Origin: an uncultured virus (IMG/VR IMGVR_UViG_2799112477_000001)
Lineage: Duplodnaviria; Heunggongvirae; Uroviricota; Caudoviricetes
Virus record (IMG/VR): IMGVR_UViG_2799112477_000001
Direction: 5' to 3' (one strand)
Length of the DNA: 64,000 nucleotides
Made by a program: the position numbers and the translations under genes. Shown in pieces: positions 28,906 through 41,525 of this stretch. Position 1 is the stretch's first letter. Each line of letters starts with the position of its first letter. The notes beneath the pieces were generated by a model. That model saw nothing but the letters and a program-made list of their open reading frames with translations, searched no databases and was not told where the DNA came from.

Positions 28906-29334
28906 CTACTCATCAAGGGCGTTCCATGCTGTGCTGTATTCACTGAAGTCAGGCTCGAAAGTCTCCGATATGTCATCCCATATAACAGGAAGTTCAGCGA
29001 CCCAGAATTCTCCGACAGAATCAGTCAGGTAACTGTTTTTATCGCAATCACACATAGAAGCCCATTGATCTTTAGCATATGATATCGCTGCCGCCTTGTC
29101 TGTAAACATTTTGTATGAGCCGGAGCCTTTGCGGTCCCTGTATTCGTAGAACACCCAGGCTTTATGATTTACCTCTTCGCTGGAAACGATGTATGTCAGC
29201 ATATCCAGCACGTAATCAGGCGGTGTTCTCTTTCCTGTCTCCCAGTCTTCAACGGTCCTTCTTGGGATCCCGTATTTTTCGGAGAATTTGATCTGAGAAA
29301 GCCCTGTGCGGCTTCTAAGTTCTTTTATTGTCAT
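28906..29334 (-). CDS. XRE-family HTH protein
   Basis: IKELRSRTGLSQIKFSEKYGIPRRTVEDWETGKR; RBS AGGAGG. Confidence 0.8.
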   Translation of the reverse strand: MTIKELRSRTGLSQIKFSEKYGIPRRTVEDWETGKRTPPDYVLDMLTYIVSSEEVNHKAWVFYEYRDRKGSGSYKMFTDKAAAISYAKDQWASMCDCDKNSYLTDSVGEFWVAELPVIWDDISETFEPDFSEYSTAWNALDE

Positions 29335-29364
29335 TGGTGCCCTCCTGGGTTGATTCTTGTCTGA

Positions 29365-29393
29365 ATTATACCACGCAAAGCGTGGCGCGTCAA
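29365..29393 (-). promoter_or_regulatory. Sigma-A promoter with a palindromic operator in the spacer
   Basis: TTGACG-17-TATAAT; the spacer contains CCACGC-aaa-GCGTGG. Confidence 0.75.
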
Positions 29394-29500
29394 TATAAAG
29401 ACTGTAAAAAATGCTCAAGCTATGCATATTCCACGTTGGTAACCAAAAAATTTTTGGGGAATTATTTGAAAAAAAACATACATAATTCTTAATAAAAAAG

Positions 29501-30295
29501 TCAGCTTTTTTTAGCTGACTTTTTTACATAATGCATTTTTTTCCTACGCCTTCCTCTACAAATTGGACATGATTCAATGCCTCTCATTTTGTTTTCTACT
29601 CTAGCATTAATAGCCATTTCATATATATGGTCATCGTTGTTTTCGCATTCCCAAAACACAACACTTGTATCATTTTCAGTTACGTGATTTGGATTAACAT
29701 TAAGGTAGTTGTTATACTTATAGAACCAGTACTTCATTAGATCTTCTTGCCGTGCTGCAAAACTGTTAGCGCGGCGAGCACATATAGGGCAAGCGATATT
29801 CCCCGCTTTTTTACACTGCACACGACTTCTCGGAGTCATACTGTAACTGTGCCCCAAACTGCACTTTAATTCGACCGGCCTATTATAATTCTCCGCTATT
29901 TCCCATGGATCAACCTCATTCTTTTCATAATCCCATTCCGGAAGCAGATCCTCATTCAGAGCTGCAAAACTGTTAGCGCGGCGAGCACATATAGGGCAAG
30001 CGATATGTCCTGTTTTTTTACACTGCACACGCTTCATCGGAGTCATACTGTAACTGTGCCCCAAATTGCAATTTAAATTGACTGGCCTTTCATAATTCTC
30101 CGGTATTTCCCATGGATCAACTTCATTTCTCTCATAGTCCCATTCCGGAAGCAGATCCTCATTCAGAGCTGCAAAACTGTTGACATCAGGTATTACCACA
30201 CGACCAGCACAGACCGGGCAAGCGATATGCCCTGCTTTTTTACGCCGCACACGACTTCTCGGAGTCATACTGTAACAAAGTGAAGAAACATGCAA
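29501..30295 (-). CDS. DUF4379-like zinc-ribbon repeat protein, apparently 5'-truncated
   Basis: Repeats of NSFA..N.DL..EWDYE.N...P.........C..GH.Y.......CP.C; 207-bp DNA period (29754, 29961, 30168). Confidence 0.75.
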   Translation of the reverse strand: MHVSSLCYSMTPRSRVRRKKAGHIACPVCAGRVVIPDVNSFAALNEDLLPEWDYERNEVDPWEIPENYERPVNLNCNLGHSYSMTPMKRVQCKKTGHIACPICARRANSFAALNEDLLPEWDYEKNEVDPWEIAENYNRPVELKCSLGHSYSMTPRSRVQCKKAGNIACPICARRANSFAARQEDLMKYWFYKYNNYLNVNPNHVTENDTSVVFWECENNDDHIYEMAINARVENKMRGIESCPICRGRRRKKMHYVKKSAKKS

Positions 30296-30354
30296 TATAA
30301 AACGCCCCGAACAAAAGTCCGAGGCGCTCTTCGTTAAAGCATGTTTGTTGTGTC

Positions 30355-32067
30355 CTAAAATGGAATCGCGTTGAATCCGAAGCGAGGTTCAACGAAATCT
30401 TCAAATGCAGGGACGACATTCTGAAAGTGATTGACTCTCGGATATTGTTGCCCATCAAATTTGATGTTGTGCTTCTTTGTCCACGCGCTGAATGAATCTG
30501 AAGCAGCTCCTTCCAGAGGCTGGTTGCATGCAGCAAAGGCCTGTCTGCAGTTACTACCTGATGGGTCAAGCTCTATGCATGCAGCTGCCTTGCTGCCAAT
30601 CGTCATTTCGATGATCACCGATTGCTTTTGCTTGACATCTTCCATATAAGAGCCTACGCAGTTGTGGAATCTGCGGCCAAGAGCACGCAGCTCCAACGGC
30701 TTCCTGATAATGGTGAACTCAGCACCGCTATATTCCCCTTCCAGGGCGTAGATTGTCTCATCATACGAAACTTCTGTGCCATACTGCTTGTAGATTATTA
30801 CGTCTTTATTCAGCAGCTCAAATTCAACTAAGATATTATGCAGATCATTCATGGCTCTGCAAGCCTTCAGTTCTTCGGCTGTGATGGAACATATATCATA
30901 CATTCTGGCAGTATCACGAAGTGTGTAAAACGAAACATCTCTGCTGATGAAAAACTCCGCAAGTTTCCTGTCGCTCATGCCGGCATTCCTGCAGGCGGTC
31001 GCAAGCTTTGCGATCATGTGCTCTCTGTCTGCAAACTGCTGCCATTCATATATAAGGTTATCAATGAAAGGCAGTTCACTAGTCAGATACTCTCTGAGGA
31101 CATCTACGTTGCTGATTCCCAGCGTCTTATAAAGGAATCGCAGCCTCCATTTAAGGTCAGGACGTGCATAAAGGGCCTTTCTGATCGACTTGGTCGCTAC
31201 CTTTCCGCATCCGTAGTAAAGATATTTCGGGAAGGTATCAGGATCCTTTCTGTATCTTGCCCTTAATTTCTTGTAGGCGTCTCTGTAAATATATCCTATG
31301 GGTTCGCCATAAAACATATCGCGATATTCTTTAGGACGCAGATCGTACAGCTTCTTCAGGAAATTGGCATACGCTACTTCCATGAGAGATCCGAGCGGTG
31401 ATTTAACAGCAGGAGCAAGACCTTTAAAAGCCTTTTCAAGCGCTGCCATAGCCTCCGGATCGTCTTCAAAGAAGAGGTTGCTTATGCGAGAAAGAGTCGG
31501 GTTGTACGAAAAGGACGCCCTCCTTATTGTCTGTATATCAGCGAAAACCTTCTTCCCTCTGTTCTGTGCAGGCATGACATATGTCTGACCTGAAGCCACG
31601 TTGATGACCACGGTTATCTGAAATACCGTGCTGTAAGGCTTCTGTGCCTTAGGGTTAAGGTAATAGTTCCTCCCCACTGCAGAGATGTGAAGACTGTTAC
31701 CGTGCTCGGTTATTTCGAGCTTTAAAGGGAAAGCATCGTGGATCCTGGCGCTTGTCCTGCGTGTAAGAGATGAGCTGTTTACATTGAGACAGTCGCGTAC
31801 AGCATACTGATCGCCGCATCCGCATGACAGGATGCTACTCTTATCTCTTTCTGCTTGGTCAAGAAGTTCTTCGGGGTATTCGTGGAATTCCCCGCACTTT
31901 GTGCAGAAAACGCCGACCATAAGCTTTGTTTCCAGATTTGTCGGACTTCTGTATGCTTCCGCCATATAGACCGGTGTTCTTTCCTCCGTATCCTTGCGCA
32001 GCAGATAACGCATTGAAAGACGGACGCCCGGATAGCCATATTCTTTTTTATACAGCAGTTTTCCCAT
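30355..32067 (-). CDS. PcfJ-like domain protein
   Basis: C-terminal L...G..FHNCVGSY...IEL......Q.....N. Confidence 0.75.
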   Translation of the reverse strand: MGKLLYKKEYGYPGVRLSMRYLLRKDTEERTPVYMAEAYRSPTNLETKLMVGVFCTKCGEFHEYPEELLDQAERDKSSILSCGCGDQYAVRDCLNVNSSSLTRRTSARIHDAFPLKLEITEHGNSLHISAVGRNYYLNPKAQKPYSTVFQITVVINVASGQTYVMPAQNRGKKVFADIQTIRRASFSYNPTLSRISNLFFEDDPEAMAALEKAFKGLAPAVKSPLGSLMEVAYANFLKKLYDLRPKEYRDMFYGEPIGYIYRDAYKKLRARYRKDPDTFPKYLYYGCGKVATKSIRKALYARPDLKWRLRFLYKTLGISNVDVLREYLTSELPFIDNLIYEWQQFADREHMIAKLATACRNAGMSDRKLAEFFISRDVSFYTLRDTARMYDICSITAEELKACRAMNDLHNILVEFELLNKDVIIYKQYGTEVSYDETIYALEGEYSGAEFTIIRKPLELRALGRRFHNCVGSYMEDVKQKQSVIIEMTIGSKAAACIELDPSGSNCRQAFAACNQPLEGAASDSFSAWTKKHNIKFDGQQYPRVNHFQNVVPAFEDFVEPRFGFNAIPF

Positions 32068-32720
32068 TGTGTTCCTCCTTTGATTTATTATCTGAAGCGC
32101 TCAAAGAGGCATCTCGATGTATGAGATATTGTGCCTCTCGAGGACGTCATCATCTGGTTCCCAGATCTTCATAAGAGCCGCCGGAGTGCCGAATGGTGAG
32201 CCCTTTGGGTCATATGTGATGCCAAACAGTTCAAATTCGTCAGTTTCTTCCGGTGGATACGTATAACGACCGGTGCTTTCAAGCCACGCCTCAATGACTT
32301 TGACCGGAACGGCCTGGTCAGGGCGATATTTCTCAATGTCTGTGATGAGACAGGACATCAGATCCTGCTGGTAAAGCTGTGTTACTGATGTATTGTTTTC
32401 GGTAGACGCTACAGTGATCAGCGTACGGCAGTCTCCGTCGCGGTCTCTGTGCGCTATCCATACACCCGTAGGTTCTGAGTCATCGATGTGGATCGATGTG
32501 ACTTCATCAACCCCGATAGCGGCAGCGAGCTTTTCTTGCAGATCTTCCACAGGGGTATCATTTTCTCCCAGCCCGATGTAAAGACCATCAACGGAGAAGT
32601 CTGTGTACACCTCCGCTCCGTATATGGAGTAAAGAAGCCGCCTGAATTCGTCAGCGTTATATACCTTGCATTTCGTTTCTGTCATTGTGTTGTTTCCTCC
32701 TTCTAATAGTTTGGGGCTGT

Positions 32721-32894
32721 TTACTTAGCTGATGCAGCCGATCCGGTTTCTTTGAGCAGAAGACGCTCAAAGCGTGCTGTGATGACCTTGCCGTTACAGT
32801 TGTCGCAGCAGCGTCCGCTGTCTGCCAGCGGCCACGGATTGTTCCCGTATCCAGTGATCTGCTTTCCGCAAATAACGCATTTTGTCTTTTCCAT
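32721..32894 (-). CDS. 57-aa Cys-rich phage-type protein (not in ORF track)
   Basis: MEKTKCVICGKQITGYGNNPWPLADSGRCCDNCN...; RBS AGGAGG. Confidence 0.7.
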   Translation of the reverse strand: MEKTKCVICGKQITGYGNNPWPLADSGRCCDNCNGKVITARFERLLLKETGSAASAK

Positions 32895-32959
32895 TGTTGT
32901 TTCCTCCTAACTAAGAGGCCAGACGCAAGGCCTGACCTCTTTATTCAATCGTTAAATTA

Positions 32960-33682
32960 CTACATTTCCTCAGGCTTCTCGCATCGCTCGAACTCGATCA
33001 CCCAGACATAGGGATCAGCGCTCCAGCCGTACTCTTTAAGAACAGCTTTCCTGACTTTACTGTCCCAAAGGTTTCTGAACTCAACTGCACAAGGCAGTCT
33101 GTCAAGCTTAGCTTTACCTACGCTTAGATCTGGTGCTTGGCAGCGTTTAGCGCATGATGCGCACTGAGTTGCAATACCTTCCTGCAGAACAGACTCAAGC
33201 GGTGCGTCGTGCAGCCTTTCTACGCTGACGTTTGTCACCTTAAGAAACAGTCTTGCTGCCTCTTTCGGCATGCGAACAGGTGACTCCCATTCGGCGATGA
33301 AACCGTTATCCCAAAGCCTCGGGTCGTCTCGGTCTGCCTTGTAGTCATAGTGCATCGGTCTTCCGGCTTTTGGATTGCCGTGTCTTGCCCATATTTCTCT
33401 GACGTACAGGATATCGTCCGTATGGCAAGGCGGATTCCATGTTTTTGCACGGTCCTCGCTTGTGATGTCGTCAGCAAGGCGCCATTCATCACCCCAGTAC
33501 TTATGTGCTGTGGGCGACGGATAGGTCCATTTGCCGACGTTGCTGCTTCCCATAGCTGTGTAGCATAGCTTCATCTTCGGCTGTGGCTTGATTACTTTGC
33601 GAACGACGGTCTTGCGGCTGTCAAGGATCGCACGGACCATATCGCTGGTAAAGATGATTGATCTTAGGCGTGGTTTCATCAT
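32960..33682 (-). CDS. ASCH/PUA-like domain phage protein
   Basis: F...MVRAIL..RKT..R, LYVRE.W, MPKEAARLFL.VT.V.VERL and P.VWVIEF. Confidence 0.75.
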   Translation of the reverse strand: MMKPRLRSIIFTSDMVRAILDSRKTVVRKVIKPQPKMKLCYTAMGSSNVGKWTYPSPTAHKYWGDEWRLADDITSEDRAKTWNPPCHTDDILYVREIWARHGNPKAGRPMHYDYKADRDDPRLWDNGFIAEWESPVRMPKEAARLFLKVTNVSVERLHDAPLESVLQEGIATQCASCAKRCQAPDLSVGKAKLDRLPCAVEFRNLWDSKVRKAVLKEYGWSADPYVWVIEFERCEKPEEM

Positions 33683-36600
33683 AATGCCGCCTCCTTTTCA
33701 CGTTCCCTGAAAAACTCTTCTATGACTTTGCAAAGAAGCAACGCCTCTTCCTTTGTGAATGCGGCGACGCATTTTGATTGCCTGTCACCAAAATCATGCA
33801 CGAGTATTTCCAGCTGATATGGGATTTCCGGGCCGTATGTCCTGTTTTCGAGGCAGATGCCCACTTCATCGGAAGAGCCAAACTTGTTGTCTTTCCACAG
33901 AATGGCGCCGCGCCCATAGTTAGTGTTCGTACTGTAGCCGAACCTTCTTCTAAGGCGTGACTGAAGCTTCCTTCTGGTATCTGACATCATGTTGCACCTA
34001 CCTTTCCCATACAAACTCGCCGTCCGGAGTCTGTATGCTTACTGGCCTGAACCCAATGACTTCCAGGTCGCCGATATCCGCGTCCGAGAACATTGCCTCT
34101 GCAGCTGCGAGAACTACTTCGCGGCTTGATGTGTCGACGCATTCTCCATATATCGTCGTTGTGAAGCGACAGTCGACAGCGATCGTGACATCCACATCTT
34201 GCGATTCCTGGCCGACTGCAGCCGGTGCATCGTCTGCAGGTGCCATCCTCCTGCCGCAATTAGGACAGTAGTGATGCCCTGCGCCTGCATATGCTACAGG
34301 AAAGAATGTGTTGCACTGGTCACAAACGACCACAGGCAGTGATATCTTCTGAAAGTCCTCGTCGAGGCTCTCGATATCCGCATAGAACCACTTGCCTTCC
34401 GGCTCGCAGTTTTCCGTCTCTTTCACGCCATCTGATGCAGGTTCAAAGTAAGAGTCTGTGCATACATCGGGTCCCTGCTCTGCGCCTTCATGGAGCCTTT
34501 CCTCCAGCGTCTGAACAGCCTGCTCATAGCTCTCAGCCTCTATGTCATAGAGACCTGAGTAGGTCTCTACATACTTGATCGTGTAGTTTTTCATGGTGTT
34601 GTTTCCTCCTAACTAATTACTCTGCATATTCGGTCATCCACGGTATAATCTTGTCATCCGGGAAGCTGAACATCATCCCGCCATCATCTATCATCAGTCC
34701 GGTCAGTTCAAAGCGGGTGTCTGTGTCGATCCCCGAAACCTGCAGGGTGTCGATCCTCGCGTTCATGAAATCGCTGATATGACCGTTAGCATATCTCTGA
34801 TTCAGGTAAACGCCCTTCGCTCTGAAGCAGCCAATGCCTCGTTTGTTATCGAAGTCCCAGTCGCTCTCGTCCCAGTCGCAGGACAGGACGATGTCTTTAT
34901 TGTCGAGATCGTTGGGAACGAATACATCAGAGACTTTAGGAAATTCAAATTCGATGAAATCGATCATAGGCGTTTCTCTGGCGCCTTCTGCGTTGAAAGT
35001 TCCGTACAGTGTCATTTCACTCACCTCCCTTTCCTAGCAGAAAACAGCGTACTCAACATCGCCGATATTTTCTTCATAATCAAAGTCATCCGGCAGATAT
35101 CTTCCGAGTTTTGCCTTGAATTCATCGATAATTTCTTCTTTGGTCTTGTAGTATTTCCCTTCGAGAATATTTTTAGTAACGAGGGACTTGTCAGACTCGA
35201 CAAGAATGAACGGCATTTCGAGATCCTCTTGCCACTCATTCAGATCGCTGAGGTGGAAGATCGATGCAGTGTTGTAAAACGAATCATCCGAGTATATTTG
35301 AGCGTAGAAGCCTTCTCCGGAATCGGGGGTTGATCTGGTGAGGCATGAATTGCAATAGAGATTGCTCTCCATCTCTTCATACTTCTCCAGTGGGCTTTCA
35401 ATCTTCTCGAACTCCTCAGGATGGCACTCGATGTATCTTCTTATGAAGCCATCGATGTACTTTTCCTTGATGATACAGCCAGTTATCTGGCCTCCGTATG
35501 TTCGCATACTCATGTGTTGTCTCCTTTCTGTTAAAAACAAGAGCAGAGGCTTGAGGCCTCTGCTGAATAAATGTGTAATAGCACGCTTTAGTGGTTATGT
35601 TCGCCAGCAAGTGAGATTCTGAACTCATTAATGAATTCGTTCGCTTCATCCGCTGTCCACGGGTCGGTTAATCTGTCAGTGCCGGGAAACGGTTTTTCGT
35701 CCGTCAGGATCTGGCCGTCCTCTGTGAAAACAAATCGGGCTTTTCTTACCCTGTGGGGGTCATTGACGTGATATATCACATCGGACAGCCCGCATGTTTT
35801 CGGATAGTCGTAACTGATCTCTGCAGTATCTTCTCCTGTTACCTCGCAGCTTAGGAGGTGCGGTACCGGATCGATGCCTCCTGACAGGGTCCCTGCAAAC
35901 CAACTTTCCAGCTCCCAGGCTTTTTCGGCCCACAGTCTAACAAATTCTTTTGTCATAGTGAGGCCTCCTTGTCCGGTGCATTGAGCTCCTGGAAGAATTC
36001 TATCCTCCACGGTTCTGCAGCAGGCTCTTCTCCTTCAAATATGCCTTCGCACTCAGCCTGCCAAAGACTGTACTGAAGCTTGTTCCAGTACTTCAGCGCT
36101 GAATAATCCGATTTGAAATCCGAAAGGCCGCCTCTGCCGCAGTTTGGACAGTATGGAATGTATCTCTGTCCGTATTCGCCCTCAAGTCCACATTGATAGA
36201 CTTGAAGTGCCGGCATGCCATAGGTTCCGCTATCTCCGTGTTCTGGCCTGTGATCGATGCAGATGCACGGAAGAATTCTTTTGATCTTCATTAGAAACAC
36301 CATCCTTCCTCAGGTACATATTCCCCTATTTCAAAGCAGTCTGTGTAGCATTCATCATTGGCATCGCCATAGACTCTTGCTACATATTTGCCCGGATGTG
36401 GAATTATGTTCTGCGAATCGGAGCTTGTTTCGTCGTAAGAGTACTTTTCTCCGATAACAGCAATGTCCTGAACAGATCTGCCCTGCCCGTCATCAAGATA
36501 TACGAAAAGTTCTTTATAGCTTGGATCAGGATTGATCTCTGCTACCAGCTTTTTCCCGCTTGTTACTTCAAGTTCGAGTTTTGGCCCATACAGGACGTTA

Positions 36601-37264
36601 TTAACCTGCTGTTCTGCGATCATCTGAAGGCCTACAAGCCACGCTATGAAGTGCAGAGAATACTGCATCCCGCATTCCTGCAGTGTACTTAGATCGTCTA
36701 CCCAGTCGGGAAGGCGTTCGTACATGTAGGCGTCTATGTATACGCCATTGAATCCGCAGGTTTCGAGCAGGTCGGCCTTGATGTCTTCGATATCCTCGAC
36801 CTCTTCCGCGCTGTAGCCTTCATCTTCAGTCACATACTGGAAATACTCATCGAGATCCCGTTTGACCGAAGCCCTGTCCCAGGTATAGAGGCTTGTATCG
36901 CGCTCCTTTGCAATGCACTTACGTGCACTGTAACCCGGGTCGATGATCATCTTGCCGCAATACTCGAGGGTGTATGGTTCCGCCCTTCTGAAGATGGCGT
37001 TCCCTATATCTCCTGTGACTATGAGCCGGCAGCCGTCAAGGATGTATCTGACAGCCCAGTTGCCTGAACCATCACGGTTTTTCCAGTTGATCACGGTAAG
37101 TTCGTCATACTCACAGATATCCGCTTCGAAGTTTTCGAACTCCTTGCGCGCGCGAGCTATACAGCTTTCGTTCCACTCTCTGTTAAGCATTGTGTTGTCT
37201 CCTTCCTTTGTAAAAGATAACGCAGAGGCATATGCCCCTGCGCTTCACGATAATTAATTATGGA

Positions 37265-37936
37265 CTACTCCTCTTCGCAGTCATCCCATTCTACAGGGTT
37301 ATAGCGTAACCCGTAGCTGTACTGGAAATCATCCTCGTTGGTGTACCAGAACTCATAGCTGAGGTCCGGAAATTCCTGCTCGAGCTTTTCTATAACAGGA
37401 ACAGGGGCGCACCATGCGGTCATAAATTCCCATGTGACGCTGTTGTCCGAAGCTGTTTCGGTCACATCACATGCATTCCACTTTGTTCCCCAGTTATTGC
37501 AAGCCCATTCGTACCAGGTTGCAGTGCCATACTTCTCGTAGTTTTCTACATATATCTTCCCCTTTTCTCTAAGAGAGATTTTTTCAGAGGGACCATCGAG
37601 AGATAATGACATGTCCACCATTTCGTCTGCATCGAGAGTCTCCGCAAGCTTTGTGTAACGGTGCCTGATCTCTTCATCGTACGTGAAGAACGGATTGTCT
37701 CCGTGACAAACCGCGTACACCTTCTGAGCGATGCTTTCGGTCACAGGCTTTGTGAAGCCGTCTGTTACATGCGCAAGGACAGCCGTCTCTTGCGCCGGAG
37801 ATGATACGGATAGAAGTGATTCCGGCATAGGGATGATGTTATTGAAGTCAAAGGCTTTGGTCATAGTTTCCCTGAGTCTTTTGATTTCATTCGCATCACC
37901 TTCGTATGTGATCTTGTTAGTTGTCCAGTTTGGCAT
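37265..37936 (-). CDS. DUF1281/YubB-like ferredoxin-fold protein
   Basis: MPNW..N, FDFN.IIPMP, WYEW...NWGTKWNA and F.TAW..P. Confidence 0.8.
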   Translation of the reverse strand: MPNWTTNKITYEGDANEIKRLRETMTKAFDFNNIIPMPESLLSVSSPAQETAVLAHVTDGFTKPVTESIAQKVYAVCHGDNPFFTYDEEIRHRYTKLAETLDADEMVDMSLSLDGPSEKISLREKGKIYVENYEKYGTATWYEWACNNWGTKWNACDVTETASDNSVTWEFMTAWCAPVPVIEKLEQEFPDLSYEFWYTNEDDFQYSYGLRYNPVEWDDCEEE

Positions 37937-39276
37937 TGTGTTGTCTCCTTTCTAAATAAAAATAAGAGCTTCGCAGCTCCTTCTACTTTGCATCAAGTAT
38001 TCTGGCAGTCGTGAAATACGTGTGGTCGTTATCCGACCAGGTGACTTCGCCGTAGCCCTCGTCTTTGTGGCAATAGCAGGCATCCAGATTCAGATCTGAA
38101 TGGTTTGCCTGCTCCTCTCCGAGGTATTCGTCATAAAGACTCTGAAGAGCATCTTCGGCTGCTTCCCAGGAACCGTACCTGTAAACGGTGGTTTCTGCGT
38201 CGAAAGAGTGCGTTATGACAACGCACGGCCTGTCTTCTGAGACGGGCGTGTATTCACCGCAGCACCACTTCTCACCATCTTTCCAGATGGTAGGGTTCTG
38301 AGAAAATCTCAGTTCTCCCCAGCAGGCTCTTGCGAGATACTGCGCGAGTTCTTCCGCAGTGTCCATCTGAACAACATCGGATGCATCGCCCTTATCGTCA
38401 TACCACTGCACCTCGTATCCCTTACCTTCTCTTGACTTGATCCTTTTCATGTGTTGTTTCCTCCTTCTAAAAATCTGTTCCATCGGAGCTGATGTCGAAT
38501 CCGAGCGCCCTGAACAGGTCGTAGAAACCTGTTTTCACATAGTTGTGAAGGTCGCTGTCAAGGCACGCCTGCGCAAATGCATCATAGCCCGGTATACTGC
38601 GACCCTTCGTGCAGTCGTGAAGCAGATCATGTGCAGCATGGAACAGCTTGTCCTCGAATTCATCCTCATACCCAGCGAGGGTCTTGGACGAAAGTACGAT
38701 GGTTTTGCGGTCATCGTGCGGCTCATCAGATATGCCTATAGCGTCCGTGATGCGCTGAAGCATTGGTGCGATAGCTACAAGTCCTCCCGAGCATTCATCT
38801 ATGACACCCATTGTCGAGTGGTAGACATCGTTTTCGAAGTCTTCTTCTGAACAATGGTGTCTTAGCGAGAAATACTGCTCATTCGGATCAAGGCAATACT
38901 CCTCATGGGTAATCTCTATGGACGATCCGTCCTTGAGATATATCCATGCCTGGGGCTCGCCGTGAGCCGTCTCGCTGTCAAAAGTGATGACATGCTTCGA
39001 ATTTGCAAGCGGGTCGCTGACCATAAGGTCCGGGAGCGTTATGTCCCTAAGGGCTGACCTTACATCTGAACGGGCGGTCTCCATGAGAAGGTCTATTTCG
39101 GCAAGCTTTGGAGCAAGGTCTTCTGCAGCTTCTTCAGGCGTCATGCCGAAGCACCCTGTTTCGCTGGCGATAACATACTCTCCTGTTGAATACTTGCCGA
39201 CCATACCTGCCTTATACAGCTGGTCCAGCAAAAGCATAGCGCTTTCTTTTGTGATGGTTATCATGGTGTTGTTTCC

Positions 39277-39436
39277 TCCTTCGCAAAATAAAAATGGCTT
39301 CGCGTCACCGCTGCGAAGTCACCGTTTGCCAAATAAAAAAGCACCTGCGATGTCTTAGGACATACAGGTGCTCCATTATCAAGCTGAGAATACGTTAATA
39401 TGACTATATTATATATGCAATCAGAAATAATAACAA
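39277..39436 (-). promoter_or_regulatory. Repeated promoter-leader-terminator element, copy 1
   Basis: TTGTTA-17-TATAAT, conserved TTAACGTATTCTCAGCTT, hairpin GCACCTG..CAGGTGC plus T6, and a second hairpin plus T-tract. Confidence 0.8.
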
Positions 39437-39970
39437 CAATGAATTGGGCCAAACAGCGGAAAAGCCGCCCCTTTGCAGGGGCGGCATAGTTCCGATGGAG
39501 CATACTAGCAACCGAGGCGATCCAGTATGTCGTCCAGATCGAATCTGTCACACTTGCTGAATGTGATGTGATTCATTGTTTTCAGCGCAAGTGAGCGCTT
39601 ATGCGCGCATTCTACGCTGTCGCCGTTGTTGCTGTTAAAAGCATCCGCGGCGATCTTAGCTGCCTCTGCCCTTGTAAGGGTGACAACTGGTGGGATTTCT
39701 GTGAAGATGATTCCGCAGTCTTCACTGATGTAATCGTTAGTCATATCTGTACCTCCTTGTACTTATCCTGCACAGTGGCCTGCTGTGCATCTCAAAAATG
39801 GAGGCCACTACTCCTCCGGATCGACGTTTGGCATCTCTGCCTGTAGTGGAACGCCAACCCGCAGGCTGACTATTAAGTTGTACTGAAGCGACAGCTACAG
39901 CAAATTTAATGGATCATCCGGGAAGTTGTGTGTAGATGATCACGGTTTTATGGCTTCACGGCATTTTTAT

Positions 39971-40093
39971 GAAGTCATACGCTTGCTTAAATAAAAAAGC
40001 ACCTGCGATGTCTAGGACATACAGGTGCTCGATCTTAAGCTGAGAATACGTTAAATATACTAATATATTACTTAGGTTTGACGGAAATATCAA
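39971..40093 (-). promoter_or_regulatory. Repeated promoter-leader-terminator element, copy 2
   Basis: TTGATA-17-TAATAT with the same leader and first hairpin. Confidence 0.75.
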
Positions 40094-41525
40094 GCGGATT
40101 TGTGCCTCCACAAAAAGCCCCGGAAAACCGGGGCTAAAGATGATATGTTAACACATCGGGATGCATAGCTCCTTCCAGTTATCTTTCAGCTTAAGCACGA
40201 GAGTGCGTGTATTAAAACTGCCGAAAGTGATCTCGCGTGTCTCATTCGCAATGTATTCAGCCAGAGCAGTGACGAGTGGCTTGTTTGTAAACAGGTCGTG
40301 ATTCATTATCACCTCATTCTCGTTCAGGGGCACCCCTGCGATATTAGCAGTGATATCATCTTCGCCGTCCTCTGTTTCTGCCCAGATGTACGGGCGTCCG
40401 CAGATACCGCTCGGCATATACATAAGGACGATGTTCTTTCCGAATTCATATTTCATTGTTGTTTCCTCCCTCTAAGATTTTCCAGAATGCATCCCGTATA
40501 GAGTACACGAGTTTCTCCAGCTCCAGGATATCGAAATCTCCAGCGCTAATCTTGAAGACGAGTTCTGTGTCACTGTTGATTTCTTCCCTGTGTGTATCAA
40601 AGAATTCCGCGAACTCATCTGCATTATCGCAGTATGCGCTGTCTATGACGGAGTCATTGCTGTCATAAGCGATAGCTCCTGTCGGATAAGGCTTCGACCA
40701 ATCCGTCAGATCGACAACGATCTTTTTTACGGCTTGACTTGATGCATTTTGGTTGAGTGTCCGGATGACCGAAGGGCTTTCCAATTTCGTCGCTGCGTTG
40801 TACGCTTTCGCAGCATAGGAAAGACAGTCTTCAAGAGCTGCCTTTTTCCCAAGCGTAATAGTACCGTTTTCCTTGAATGCGGCGGGGCGAGCAATGACTT
40901 CCAATTCGAGAAGGTTCTCCCCCGCGATCGAAGGATGTACTTTTGCATCAACCCAAACGTCGATGTTCGGTGATACGAGTGCTGCTCCTGCTGTTTCGCC
41001 GCTTGGCTTATCGATGTATTCATACATATGGATGTCACATCCAGAGCAACGGCTGATATATGCAGAGCATTTATCGTCGAAATGCGTGCCAACGAGGTTG
41101 CCGCCGCATCTTGGGCAGGCCTTTATCTTGTTATTCATTTTATTCATCGTTGTGTCCTCCTATTTGATTCCCGTGAAGTATCTGAATGTAGCACCTGCGT
41201 ATGCCGGATACTGCTCAAACAGCCTGAACATTGCGCTGGTGCTGTTGCAGGAAATACTCTTTGCATTGCACTTCCATACAACTTTGTCGCTGTATCTTAT
41301 AGGGATCTCGTGAACTGCAGGCAGTTTCTCGCCTTCCAGATCATACTTTATGACCATTTTGTTTGGTCCGAGCATCCCCATCATATATGGGATACGGCGC
41401 CCGTCACGGGCAAGGTATTTACCTCTGTATGTCATGTTGTTTCCTCCTGTGTTATAACCAATAAAAGTGAGGGGCCAGAGGCGTTCTGGAATCCCTCACT
41501 TTTGAAGCATGTGCATTGTGTGTAG

